The position numbers and the translations under genes were made by a program. A model generated the notes under the pieces. That model ran no database searches. It was not told the DNA's origin and was given only the letters and a program-made list of their open reading frames with translations. Shown here in pieces: positions 1 to 12,177 of a stretch of 64,000 nucleotides of DNA (positions are counted from its first letter, which is position 1; each line of letters begins with the position of its first letter). The DNA is taken from positions 7,688,001 to 7,752,000 of the forward strand of contig CATNEN010000029.1 of the NCBI GenBank assembly GCA_950097015.1. Reading direction: 5' to 3'. Source of the stretch: Macrostomum hystrix (Eukaryota > Animalia > Platyhelminthes).

Positions 1-100
1 AAATTATTCAGAATTTAAAATACTAAAATAAACTAAATTAAACATAAATTATGCAACAACAATTTTCAATCCTTATCAAAGAATTGAAAGGCAGGCTTAC

Positions 101-3100
101 CAGGACGCTGTGCATGCCCAGGTAGATTCTGCTCAGACAGACCAACAGAGACCACATTGAGCACAGCAGGAAACCCAGCTCCGTTGAGTACTGAGTGGTT
201 GAAGGGTGTAAAAAGATAAATGTCGCAGGCCTCTCCGCCTATTAGCCAATCATAACACTGGAGTTCGTTTCCCCATTCTTGTCCGACCAAAGCATCGGAG
301 AGAGTTCTCCCTTCTGGACCAATCAGAACAATGGAGGCTCTTCCCCTTCTTGACCAATCAGAGCATCGCTAGCCATTTTCCCTTCTCTGTCAATTATAAA
401 TTTCGAAAAAACCATTACTACCTAACCTTTGGCCCAATAAAAATATTGCATACAATTTTTTTGCTCTCGAGCAGTCAAATGATTGCTAGTTATTCACAAT
501 GATAAAACAATTCTCATTTTGTACCTATACATCCTTAAGGAAAATGTAAATATTGTTATCCCAGTCGAATATAGGTGATATTCCAATTGAAAATTTACGT
601 ACAGAGTAAAAAATATCAATAAAAACTTATCCCACTGGGGGGTCGGTGGCAGAGCGGTTAACACGTTTGACTGTCTTACCATGGTCCCTAAGTTCGATTC
701 CACGGCGAGGCCACATTCATTCCACGGCGAGGCCACATTGAAGGCCAACCTTCAAAGCACAGTGTACGCTGCCTGACGATGAGAAAGTCAGGGCAGATGT
801 ACACACCTGTGTGAGCGTGTGCCTGCGTACGGTATCTGTGTGCGTGTGTGCTCAGGAGTCAGCGAAATGGGCAGAATTGCCTCCTCGCTGGCTGCGGGTC
901 TAGTGTCACCAATGATGTGACATTGCCAGCAGCCCTCCTGCTAATTAATAATATTATTATTATCCCAATGTAAAGCACACAGAATCCCTGACTAATCAAA
1001 CTGTCACCATAAAGGAAATATTATCAATAAAAACGGACAACAAATCCCAAATCTAGAAAAAACACTGCTCCCATAAACAGATTCCAATCGGTCAAGAGCC
1101 TCGTCTATACTCAAGATAGAGTCCTATACTCACAAGACAATAGCAAAGTCAATAATAATTTTAGCTCAGCATGAAGCCATAATCCGGATAGGACCATATC
1201 TATGGCTAGTATTTGACTGAGTGACCACACAGTGCCACAAACACGTGGAGAGACATAATGCAATTAACTTCAGCCGTTGGCTATATTTGATGGCCTAATC
1301 AGTTAGGCAAATTGCTCAGAGAGAACAGTACGAGCTGCCTTGCTGCAATTATTATCAGGCTCAGAAAATATGGGCATCGATCAGAAACAGAGATTTTACC
1401 TATTTTACCGTATTTCTGGATTCTATTTGGGACAAAGGTGAGAATTTGTGACTGGTTTAATTTCATTTGGAACCAGCGAGTTATTTTTGCACCTAAAATA
1501 TTCTGAACTAAAGATTTACACAATGACCAGATGACAATTGATTGACAGTTATATTCAAATTTACATTGATTAGCGAGAATAGTTCACCCTCTATTGCCAC
1601 GTGTAAAATGCACTTATACTCGTAGCAAATGGTGCGCAAACAAAAGGCTTAAAAATCGATTTTCGACTAAATTCTGACTGGCAGGCTGTTATTTGGCCCA
1701 CCAACTCGCCAAAAACGTATCCCTTTATTCTCACACGAGCTCATCATAAGAGGACGGCAGCAAACAGAGTTTTATTTGCACCGGTCAGCTTGCGAAGGCC
1801 CACCACTACAACGCGCTTATATTTCAGTCTATGCTCTCTTCAGAACAATAGAACGAGAATACAATAACCAATGGCTAAAGGGACTGAACGCATTAAAATG
1901 AATAAATTATTAACTATACACTATGAAGATTGTAAATAAAAAATACCTGACCAATCAGAAGATTGTGCATCTTTCACAAAAAAAACCAATCAGTGGATTG
2001 AGAACCTTGAAAACTGCCAATCGGATAGAATAAGCCACATTAAAATAGTTGCAGGAGGGCTCTGGGCAATGGCACATCATTTGGTGACACTAGACCCGCA
2101 GCCAGCGAGGATGCAATTCTGCCCATTTCGCTTACTCCTGAGCACACACGCACATAGATACTGTACGCAGGCACACACTCACACAGGTGTGTACATCTAC
2201 CCTGGCTTTCTCATCGTCAGGCAGTGTACACTCTCACTGTGCATTGGAGATTGGCCCCTCAAGGGCGTAAATTGCACGACAAGCCCCCAAGTCTTCTCTC
2301 CGCGGCTGCGCCCAAATTTTGTGGCCTCGCCGCGGAATCGAGCGAATGGACACTGGCGCGAAAGGCAAACGCGTTAACCCCTGAATAAGCCACATTGGAT
2401 TACACCAAGTGACGATTCGGATTTACTCACCAAGTAGCGATTCCTCGTGAGCAGGAATAGCGAGAATGGCACGGCTATCGCCGTGGTGGCGTGCGTCGAC
2501 GGGAAGCCGTACTCCAGCTCGTATCGGCGCTCCAGCTTGGCCACTGGCGGGCTAGCCGGCCGGGGACTCTTGATGACGTCCTTCAGAGCCTGGCCGAACC
2601 ACATCGAGAAGCTCCAGGCCATGACAACCCGACGGCAGACGTAGCCGTCAACATTCCAGAACCAATAGGGAAAGAAGGTGCAATTGAACTCTTCGTTGCC
2701 GAGCATGGCGCCGAATGAGAACAGGTGATAAAAGAACAGATTAGTGATCTTGTAGTCCACATTATTTCGCATCGAATAGTCCATTATCGAGTTCTGCACG
2801 CGATTCTTCACATTCTCCGTCCAGGCTCGCGCTTTGCTCATTTCCAGGCCTTGCTTCTTTCCCAGCGTCACCTGCTGCTTCTGCTGCTTGGCCGTTCCAT
2901 TTCCAATTCTACGCTGAACAGTTCTGTCAGCGCCTATGGCATCGTCCAGTTCGGTGCCCGAGTCACATTCTTCAGTGTCCGACTCGCAGTTGTTGTTCGA
3001 ATCGGATGTCTCCTCCTCTTCGTCCATCGAGTTCAAGCCGCTGTCCTTATAGCCGATGTCGATGCCGCATAGGCCTTGAAACCCGGCCACTAGCTTTGCA

Positions 3101-3138
3101 TCGTTCAGATAAGCGGCCAGGCTTTTAATTTGATTCAT
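101..3138 (-). CDS. SGPP: Sphingosine-1-phosphate phosphatase (PAP2 family), exons 1-2; gene continues past the left edge
   Basis: Exon 1 is 2431-3138 (ATG at 3138; LVAGFQGLCG, LGNEEF, KDVIKSPRPASPPV, EYGFPSTHA; donor GTGAGT after RYL, phase 0). Exon 2 is 101-190 (acceptor ...CACTCAG; YSTELGFLLCSMWSLLVCLSRIYLGMHSVL with the PAP2 SRxxxGxH motif; donor GTAAGC). Motifs match SGPP1/2 as recalled. Confidence 0.93.
637..960 (+). mobile_element. tRNA-derived SINE, family A, copy 1
   Basis: A-box-like TGGCAGAGCGG and B-box-like GTTCGATTCC, shared body (CTGACGATGAGAAAGTCAG; GCCTCCTCGCTGGC), ATT-rich tail, possible TTATCCCA target duplication; internal deletion/duplication relative to other copies. 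Confidence 0.85.
2045..2380 (-). mobile_element. SINE family A copy in SGPP intron 1
   Basis: Reverse complement of the same body and tail; head diverged or truncated. Confidence 0.85.
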
Positions 3139-4279
3139 GTCCTGTTTTCTTCTAGAAGCCGAATAGTCGCCGAAAAGATATCAGTCTCTTCTTCTTTACC
3201 CCTGTTCCCCTGGCCTGTTATTCTTGTTAAAAAGCAGCAGGAGAGCGGCTGGCCTAGTGTAGCAATAGCTGCTGTTCTCCGTCTATTGGTTGTCCTGAAA
3301 TTTGTCAGTTTTTGAGTGCTTAACAACAGTGTGACGGCATGAATCTCGGCCGGAGAATTCTTGGGACAACCTTTGGGGATGCTGCCACTGTCGCATATGG
3401 AGGAGGTGTACTTGGACACGGATGGGCTTGCAGAGCATCGGCCTGGGGTTGCGGGCTGATGAAGCTGATTGGTTGACAACGCCAGACAACAATGCCGTGT
3501 GGGACAGAAAGACAAGGCTAAATATAGGCTTCAAAATTTATGCACTTTTAAATTACAAAGGCTTCTGGTCTAATACCAGCCTTATTAGACGAGTATACTT
3601 ATTAAATTTCAGTTAATATTTATTAAACGGGAATAATCCTTGCATTAATGGTGCAATCTATCGAAACAAGAAACAAAGCTTACATTTTTTGCGCAATAAA
3701 CAGAGATGGAGACAGAGGGGGACATGGACGCAGACTTGTTTCAACCTCAAACCTCCCTCCTGGCTATGCGCAGAGGCAGAGAGCTGAGAAATGAATGAGC
3801 AAAGCACTGTGACCTGTCAACATCTCTCTAATGGGGTAGGGGGAGAAGGCGAGGGGTGGCAGGCGGTGGCAGGCAAGGAGAATTCAGGTTGAGCAAGGTC
3901 GCTCTCAAGGCCAGACAGTGCGTGGTGGCCTGATAGAAATCGATCGCACTAGATCACGATAAAGGAGATCTACTCTGAAGGCTGATTTAGTTCAGTCGCC
4001 AAAAAAGCAATCTAGGGACAGGAGCCGATAAAATTTCCCGTTGTTGGATAGCGCCTAGCCTACAATCGATGCAGTGCTACTTAGTCAGAATCTTCTTAAG
4101 TAATTAGTGTGATTTAAAGGCTGAGTAGGCATTCGTAATAATAAGAAGTCCGCGATGAGCACAGAAGTATTGCATCAATAATTGATAGAATTAGTTTTCT
4201 AGGCTAGACAGACCTCATCGGATAATTCAAGTAAATACGAAACACACCTGCGATTACGTCTTAGCCAGAGTATCTCTCC

Positions 4280-4640
4280 CCCGCCTCATTTCTTCTATGT
4301 CTCATCTCTTGCCTGCCTCATCTCTCCCCTGCCTCATCTCTCCCCTGTCTCATCTCTTCCCTGTCTCATCTCTCCCCTGTCTCATCTCTCCCCCGCCTCA
4401 TTTCTTCCATGTCTCATCTCTTGCCTGCCTCATCTCTCCCCTGCCTCATCTCTTCGCTGCCTCATCTCTTCGCTGTCTCATCTCTCCCCTGCCTCATCTC
4501 TTCCCTGCCTCATCTCTCCCCCGCCTCATTTCTTCTATGTCTCATCTCTTGCCTGCCTCATCTCTCCCCTGCCTCATCTCTCCCAGCTTCATCTCTCCCC
4601 TGCCTCATCTCTCCCCTGTCTCATCTCTTTCTTGTCTCTC
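4280..4640. repeat. CT-rich degenerate minisatellite (CCTCATCTCTCCCCTG-like)
   Basis: Direct inspection; source of ORFs 4297 and 4409. Confidence 0.85.
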
Positions 4641-7346
4641 TCTCATCTGTATTCCGTTTAATAATTGTCCTAGCTTATAGCCCAGCATAACTTTCCTGTT
4701 TATTTTCTTATATTTCTCATCTCTACAGTTTCCTGTGTTGCCGCTATCAATCCGGCCCCTCTTTATTAGATTTCTATCCCACCCCCAACCCCCATCAGGT
4801 ATTACCTTTATACCTCAAGCATACTTATTTTATAAGCCTTTATATCATCATTCACATAAAAATCGATTTGCAAATTAGTGCGACCTTTTTTGAAATTAGC
4901 ATTACAACTAGGCGCCCAAAATTTTCATTTGACGATGGCCGAAGCTTTGTAGCTAATTAACAAAGTGTGCGACACATTGTTACTGAAGATGAAGCCGACA
5001 TCAGTCATCAGTGATGTGGAGCCTGCGGGAGGGGGCGGGCAGGCAACCCGACCCAGGCTTGCCCCGCCCAGCTGTGTAAACTGATACGCATCAGTCTATA
5101 AATACACTGCGAGGTCTGACAGGGCACAACAGGAAATTATATGCTACACATGTGGGCGATTCGAAACAGCAGTGCCATCTAAGGAGGCTTGGTAACAGGC
5201 AAGCATGGTTTTTGTAGCAGCAATCAATGGCAAGTCTAGGGAAAAGAAAAACTTAAGTTTTCGAATACTTTTTTGAGTCGACACAAAAAGTTTCTTCCGA
5301 AGGGAAATAATGCTCAATGCTTCAGATATGAAAATAGCCATTTGGACAAGGTACTGAGCAATTAGCAACTCTATAATTATTACTCGAACTTAAGCCAGCA
5401 GGAAAGATTACACAATAAAATATGATGCACAAAAATGCACAAAATTTGCCAGTTGCCAATTTTCCATCTTTTTTTGCTATATGTATGTAAATCTTCATTC
5501 ACAATTCTAGATTAATAGTGGAATCAATCCTAATGTCCGTTCCTAAATTTAACCATATTGTACTGACCATGAAAACACATTAGGAAAGTAAAAAATTGCA
5601 ATTAATAACAATATACCAACATTATCCAGATACATTTAATCGCTAGAGCCAGTAGGAAAAACTTTATTCATTAAAATAAAATTATTCACAAAACTAAACT
5701 GAATTGCCAAAAAAAACAAATTGTTTTTGTCACTAAAATCTTCTCTTAATTGTAGATTGCAATAATTGTACTAGTTGGCAACTATAATAAAGCTATATCA
5801 AAGCTTAAAACGAAGATAAAAAAATCATAAGTATTTAAAAAGCGTATTTATTTAAAATACCATACTGGATTTGCTTTATTTTTTCTAATAATTTATAGTG
5901 CTTCAAAAGCTTTGCCTGGATCATACATATACAAAATGACTGCAATAACTTAAAAAGTTTTATAGAAATATATATTACATTTATTCTGTTTACGCGCAAA
6001 ATTTTCTTTATTTCTTAATATAAGTTATTTTAACGACAAATTACTTTCCCATAGTATCAAAAAATGATATGGTCCTTAAAAAATTATAGAGAACTAGAAA
6101 TAAATTTTGACTTACAATAACTAACTATAAAGCACTCAATAGGATCTGAAAATAACGTTGAAGAAGTTGTACTTCGAAATGTTCTGCTTTACTGTGGATG
6201 GCTAGTGAGCTCACTCGTGAGATGTATCATGCATGATATATGAGTAACCTCAAAGTGTTTTGCTTGCAAGCACACGCGCGATATTAGACAAAAAAACTCT
6301 CGATAAATATCTTTCTAAGATTACAAATAGTATAACAACTAATCAGGTAGTAAAACTATAGCTTTATGAAATTGCGTAGGCAACTCTTTTTTAACTTTCC
6401 ATTGAGAACTATAATAGCATTATATCTTATTATGATGCTATTAAGAGAGAATATACTGCGGCGTAGCAAGCCAGTTTTGACCTTCAATTGTTTTGTTGAT
6501 TTTTGAAGAGAATTACGTACGTCGGAAAAACGACAGTGAACGTTCTTGTACAGCGCATGACCTGTCGATAGTTCAATGGTTATGTATATAATGGCATGAA
6601 AAATCATGACACGTTTTATCACCTGAACATTTTTTTATTCTTTTGATACTATTTTAACTTTCGCAATAAATAAAAGCCGTAAATAAGGATTTGCGTTATA
6701 ATATTATTCTTTTAGATTTTAAATCTTTCTTTTGTTTACATAGGCATTCAATAACCAGAAGAAAACAGTTTACACCATTTCATTTTCCTTTTGAAAAGAA
6801 AAACAGCAATTATGCTATATATATTCTACAACTTTTAGAAGTGCGATATTGTAATAGCAGGAGTGCAGCGGCATTGGAGTTCATCCATCATATTTTAGCA
6901 GAGTATGAGATCTGTAATTTTGTATGTTTGCGTTTGTCCTAGTTATTGCTTTTGTTGCCATTTCTAGCTTTGCATATTTTATAAGCTGCGTTTAATATAT
7001 TAAATTTGTCAAAGGCTTCACTGGCAATCTTATGTATCAAGTAAATAAACTTTTAAATGAAAGTTAATGACAATAATGTATTTTTATTATAGTATAGTAT
7101 TATATTTTTGTAGTCCTTTGTAGTGTACTGTTTAAATAGCGCTTCATGTTTTTTTTACTGTAAATAAAATATAAAAATTGCTGGAATTTCCTTAGCAAAA
7201 TTATATGCCACTAAATAAGTAGGCCAAGTTTATTCACTGACAGGATATTTTGTTTAATCCCCTTTCTCCCTGAAGTGCACATTCTAACTGGCCTTCATCT
7301 TTTGAACTTCTATTTTGCAGTTATAACACCCCAGCCCAAGCTTTGA

Positions 7347-8712
7347 ATGTATAAGTCACACTCCAAAGACCCAGTGGTAAACTACATAGTAGACAATTCG
7401 CTGAGGCTCAACGATGTTCAGAAGTCACTGATCACTGAGACCATGAAGCTTGGACCACAGAGCCGCATGTTGGGCAGCGCCGACTCTCTGCAACTGCTCA
7501 GCAACATGTGCCGAATGATTCGGGCCAAGAAGACACTGGACATTGGAATGTTCACCGGCTACAGCGCGCTCAGCATTGCACAGGTGCTGCCTCCAGATGG
7601 TGAGTCCTACTCAGTGCTGGGCTAAAGTAAGCGCCACTGTTGATAAAATCTAGAGATTATTTAGTGTCCTGTATTGTTCAGATAGAGGTAGCTACCAAGA
7701 TTCGTATATATAGAAGGGAAAAACTGAATGACAAAAGATAACTTGTAGAAAATGTGTACACAAGATACAGACAGATGTAAGGAGAAATATATAATATTCT
7801 GGTATACGGACTGACACGATGCTAAATAGGTGTGATTGACAGGTGTACGTAGAGACATTTAAGTGTACCGACAGTAATGAGATGCAGGTTTACGGACAGG
7901 TATGAGATGCAGGTGTACGGACAGGTATGAGATGCAGGTTTACGGACAGGTATGAGATGCAGGTGTACGGACAGGTATGAGATGCAGGTGTACGGACAGG
8001 TATGAGATGGAGGTATACAGACAGATGTAATGTCACAGGTATGAGATGCAGGTGAACGGACAGGTATGAGATGGAGGTATACAGACAGATGTAATGTCAC
8101 AGGTATGAGATGCAGGTGAACGGACAGGTATGAGATGGAGGTATACAGACAGATGTAATGTCACAGGTATGAGATGCAGGTGAACGGACAGGTATGAGAT
8201 GGAGGTATACAGACAGATGTAATGTCACAGGTATGAGATGCAGGTGTACCAAATTTACGGGCATGCAACATGTGTTGCAACAGAGCTATCCGCCCCTAAA
8301 AACAGGCCGCGTTGTAACATGCGATGTGTCGAAAAATCACGAAGCCCTGGCTCGCCAGCACTGGCGTCAGGCCGGTGTTGAAGATCGCATCGACTTTCGT
8401 GTCGGCCCGGCCACTGAAACACTTCGCAAACTATTGGCCGACAATCAGGCCGGCAGTTTTGACTTCGCTTTCATTGACGCAGACAAAGAGAACTACGACG
8501 ATTATTATGAGCTCTGCCTGCGTCTTATCCGGCCCGGCGGGTTCATCGCCTTCGACAACGTGCTGTGGGGCGGCTCCGTGCTGGATGAAAACGACCAGAG
8601 CTCGTCTACCACTGCGTTGCGCAACATCTGCCGGAAACTGCACACCGACAGTCGGGTTGACGTCAGCATTCTCTACTCGGGCGATGGCGTTGCGCTGGCT
8701 TTTGTGAAGTGA
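7347..8712 (+). CDS. COMTD1: Class I SAM-dependent O-methyltransferase, COMTD1/CCoAOMT-like
   Basis: Exon 7347-7599 (ATG preceded by an in-frame TGA; KKTLDIGMFTGYSAL; donor GTGAGT, phase 1) joins exon 8306-8712 (GRVVTCD, FDFAFIDADKENY, GGFIAFDNVLWGG, stop). Acceptor at 7320 implies a 5'UTR intron or trans-splice site. Confidence 0.92.
7870..8250. repeat. Intronic minisatellite, about 25-bp GACAGGTATGAGATGCAGGTGTACG plus a longer variant
   Basis: About 12 copies of ACAGGTATGAGAT inside the COMTD1 intron. Confidence 0.9.
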
Positions 8713-9354
8713 CACTTTTGCGACTGAAGATTGTCAGGAATCAGTGAATTACTTTGAGAAACAGATCGATGTAGCAGTCGATTTACTGAGTAAATAAGTA
8801 AATTTTAGCTCTTGATTTACCGAATAAGCAGGTAACTGCAGCTCTTGATTTAATCAATAACCAGTTAGTTGTAGCAGTTGTTTTAGTGAATTAACAGGTA
8901 GATTTATCACCCGATCTACTAAGTAGTCCGTAAACAAGTTAATTTGCCTAGAGGCAAAAATGTTCTAATTGCATCAATTCGTTAATTCTTAACATTGGCA
9001 ATGTTCGTTCATGTATTTAAATGTGTTTATCTCCTTCTATTTAGCTTGTCGAATAGCTTCTCAAAGGTGATTTTCCATGGTGTGTTTGAGTTAACCAATG
9101 TTGCCAAACATATCATGGCTGCTGTTGCTTCTAATTTAGTATGCTTCTTAATAGAACATCGTATTTTTTTTATTTTACATACAAGCGTAATTCAGACGTA
9201 AAAGTTTCATTAAATATCTAATGCAATTCATTTTTCTAAATCTACTTTCAGTAGTGCGTATGTGTTTGCGCTTCGTTTTTAGCAACACAAATAAAGTTGA
9301 TACAAAAACTAAACAGAAAAAAAGTTAAAACTACTTTGATGATTAAATTGCGTC

Positions 9355-10095
9355 AGTATCTTAAACTGAAAGTGTCATTTCGATAGAAAAGTGCCAGTCT
9401 CTTAAAATGAAAGTGTCATTTCGATAGAAAAGTGCCAGTCTCTTAAACTGGAATTGCCATTTCGATAGAAAAGTGCCAGTCTCTTAAACTGGAATTGCCA
9501 TTTCGATAGAAAAATGCCAGTCTCTTAAACTGAAAGTGTCATTTCGATAGAAAAGTGCCAGTCTCTTAAACTGAAAGTGTCATTTCGATAGAAAAGTGCC
9601 AGTCTCTTAAAATGGAAGTGTCATTTCGATAGAAAAGTGCCAGTCTCTTAAAATGGAAGTGTCATTTCGATAGAAAAGTGCCAGTCTCTTAAACTGAAAG
9701 TGTCATTTCGATAGAAAAGTGCCAGTCTCTTAAACTGAAAGTGTCATTTCGATAGAAAAGTGCCAGTCTCTTAAACTGAAAGTGTCATTTCGATAGAAAA
9801 GTGCCAGTCTCTTAAACTGGAAGTGTCATTTTAATAGAAAAGTGCAAGTCTCTTAAACTGGAAGTGTCATTTTAATAGAAAAGTGCCAGTCTCTTAAACT
9901 GGAAGTATCATTTTAATAGAAAAGTGCCAGTCTCTTAAACTGGAAGTGTCATTTTAATAGAAAAGTGCCAGTCTCTTAAACTGGAATTGCCATTTCAATA
10001 GAAAAGTGCCAGTCTCTTAAACTGGAATTGCCATTTCAATAGAAAAGTGCCAGTCTCTTAAACTGGAATTGCCATTTAAATAGAAAAGTGCCAGT
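9355..10095. repeat. 41-bp tandem array (TCTCTTAAACTGAAAGTGTCATTTCGATAGAAAAGTGCCAG)
   Basis: About 18 head-to-tail copies, no spacers. Confidence 0.95.
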
Positions 10096-10243
10096 CCGTG
10101 AAATTTTTCGATGAAAAAGTTTCTATTTAGGAAAGTCTAGAGGGTGGACGTACTCACTACTTGGTATTTTAAATAGAAAAAGTCCATTGTAGCCGTTCTC
10201 ATCTAAATAGCTCTGCCCGACCCACGCGGCCATCAAGCGTCAC

Positions 10244-10275
<32 letters not shown>

Positions 10276-10919
10276 GGTCGCTGGCACCCAGCAGTGACTT
10301 TCTCTGTAGCGCTAACTATTGAATGAAAAAGCGTACAACTAAGCTTAGCCAAAGCACTGTCCGATAGCCATTTCTCTGTCTGTGAAGTATTGCCTTTGTT
10401 GCCTTTCCAAATGCGCACTGGCACAGTAGTATTAACAGCTCAGCTCAGCCCTTTGTCAACAAGCTTTATAAAGTTGAGAACCAGTTGCATTGGGCTGTTA
10501 GGTTAGAGAAAGAGCTATAGGCGAGAACTGCAAAGCTTCCTTTAGTGAAATCGGCAAGTGTCTCAATTTAAAAATAAATAGACATTTAGCATCATTGGCA
10601 TTCATTTCTGACTGTCAGTTCGTTTTATATAATATATTTATTAGCTGTGTTGTCACAGACACATCGTATATGAACAACGACTTTGGCGATGATTTCGGGT
10701 AAGATAACTTTGCTAGTTTAACATTTAACAGAACTGCTTGCCAATGAAATTAAAAAAATATTCTGCTTTTTCAAAATCTTGAGAATCGTGAATGTCATAG
10801 AAAGTTTCATAGAAACCAATTAGTCGTTATTTCCGAGAAATCAAGTAGTAAGTGCGTCTAAACTCTCATGAGATCTCCAAATTACTCGTTTCTTAGAAAT
10901 AGCGTAGGTGTTTGCTCTA

Positions 10920-11070
10920 GGGCCTACCTCAGGGCCCCTGAGGGCCCCTGTTTGCCCCTGAGGGCCTACCTCAAAGGCACAGTAAGATTTTAAACTGCCT
11001 GACGATGAGAATGTCAGGGCAGATGTACACACCTGTGTGAGTGTGTGCCTGCGTACGGTATCTATGTATG
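10920..11070 (+). mobile_element. SINE family A fragment
   Basis: Central hairpin CTGCCTGACGATGAGAATGTCAGGGCAG and following GT-rich segment. Confidence 0.75.
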
Positions 11071-12177
11071 CATAGGAGTCCTCCTCTATGGCTGCAGTTC
11101 TACTGCCACCAATTAGTATTGAAGTATTAATTTTTCTCATGAACTTACAAAAGACCCAGCACATGCGAATCTTCAGTGTTGTCATGGTTACTAAACAAAT
11201 ATTTTAATGTTATCAGTTGACACAATCTCATCCGCGATGCTATTTGATTAAGAGTTGGTAAATGTGATTCTTTAAGAGTATCACTTAAAACGGTTGCATG
11301 GTTTGCAGTGTCTACCTGAATATCAAATTACCAAATACTGATTATGGTACAAATTAGCCGTCATATATAAAATGCGTGGGCAGTAGAAGTTATAAAATCT
11401 ATAGAAATCTATATATAACAAAAACAGTCGATGACAAAATTCTAACAAAATAGGAAGTCAGAAGATGGTGCCGTTTCATCCACTTCATCTCTCGCTTGGT
11501 CTTATTGAGTACTCCATTTCTGTTCTCAAATGAATAGGCTTGTTGTGTCATAAATTTTGCAGTTTTATCGACATTAAACAGAAGTTTTAAATAGAGACAG
11601 AAATTCAATAGATTCAATAATGACAGAAATTTATTCAGCATCTGGGGGCGGAGAAGCGATGTGGATTTTTATCAGGGGGAAATAAATGCGATTTGACATT
11701 GCGTTCAACACAAAACGCTGTTGCTAAGCTGCTCATCTCATAGAATGTATCAGCCGACAATACCTGTTGCTATGTGACTAAAAATATTCATGAAGGGGAT
11801 TCACCTCTTGTCATGTGACTAAAAGCATGCCAGAGGGAGTTTCCGGATATTAAAATACCAGCTAAAATACAAGCTTAATTATCTTTACATATCCTTTGAA
11901 AAAAGGCTGAGAACGTCCTTCGGATTTCCCAGAAAAATAGACTAAATAACATTCCGCCTGTTTAAGCTAAAAAACGTCTCTAGGGGCATTCCCTTCTTGC
12001 CATGATGCTAATAATAACCTATAGGAATTTCCATGAAATCTAGTCAAAATGCAAGCGGAATTCAAATTTGCGGAAGCTAAATATAGCCTTGGGGAACCAC
12101 CTTGCTTAGTTAAAAAAATAGCCAATAAGAATTCCCTTGCAAAGTTGTTAAATGTGATCGAAGGAAATTTCTTTTAG

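Noticed and set aside
5030-5105. GC-rich hairpin followed by TATAAA
   Set aside because: Could be a promoter but cannot be linked to any transcript from sequence alone.
9355-10095. CRISPR-like regular repeats
   Set aside because: Head-to-tail units with no unique spacers; eukaryotic context; no cas genes. The same applies to the other arrays.
10233-10424. Short ORF with poly-Leu from a (CAG)n run
   Set aside because: Microsatellite-derived; no supported splice partners, although an upstream DTHD1-like exon here cannot be excluded.
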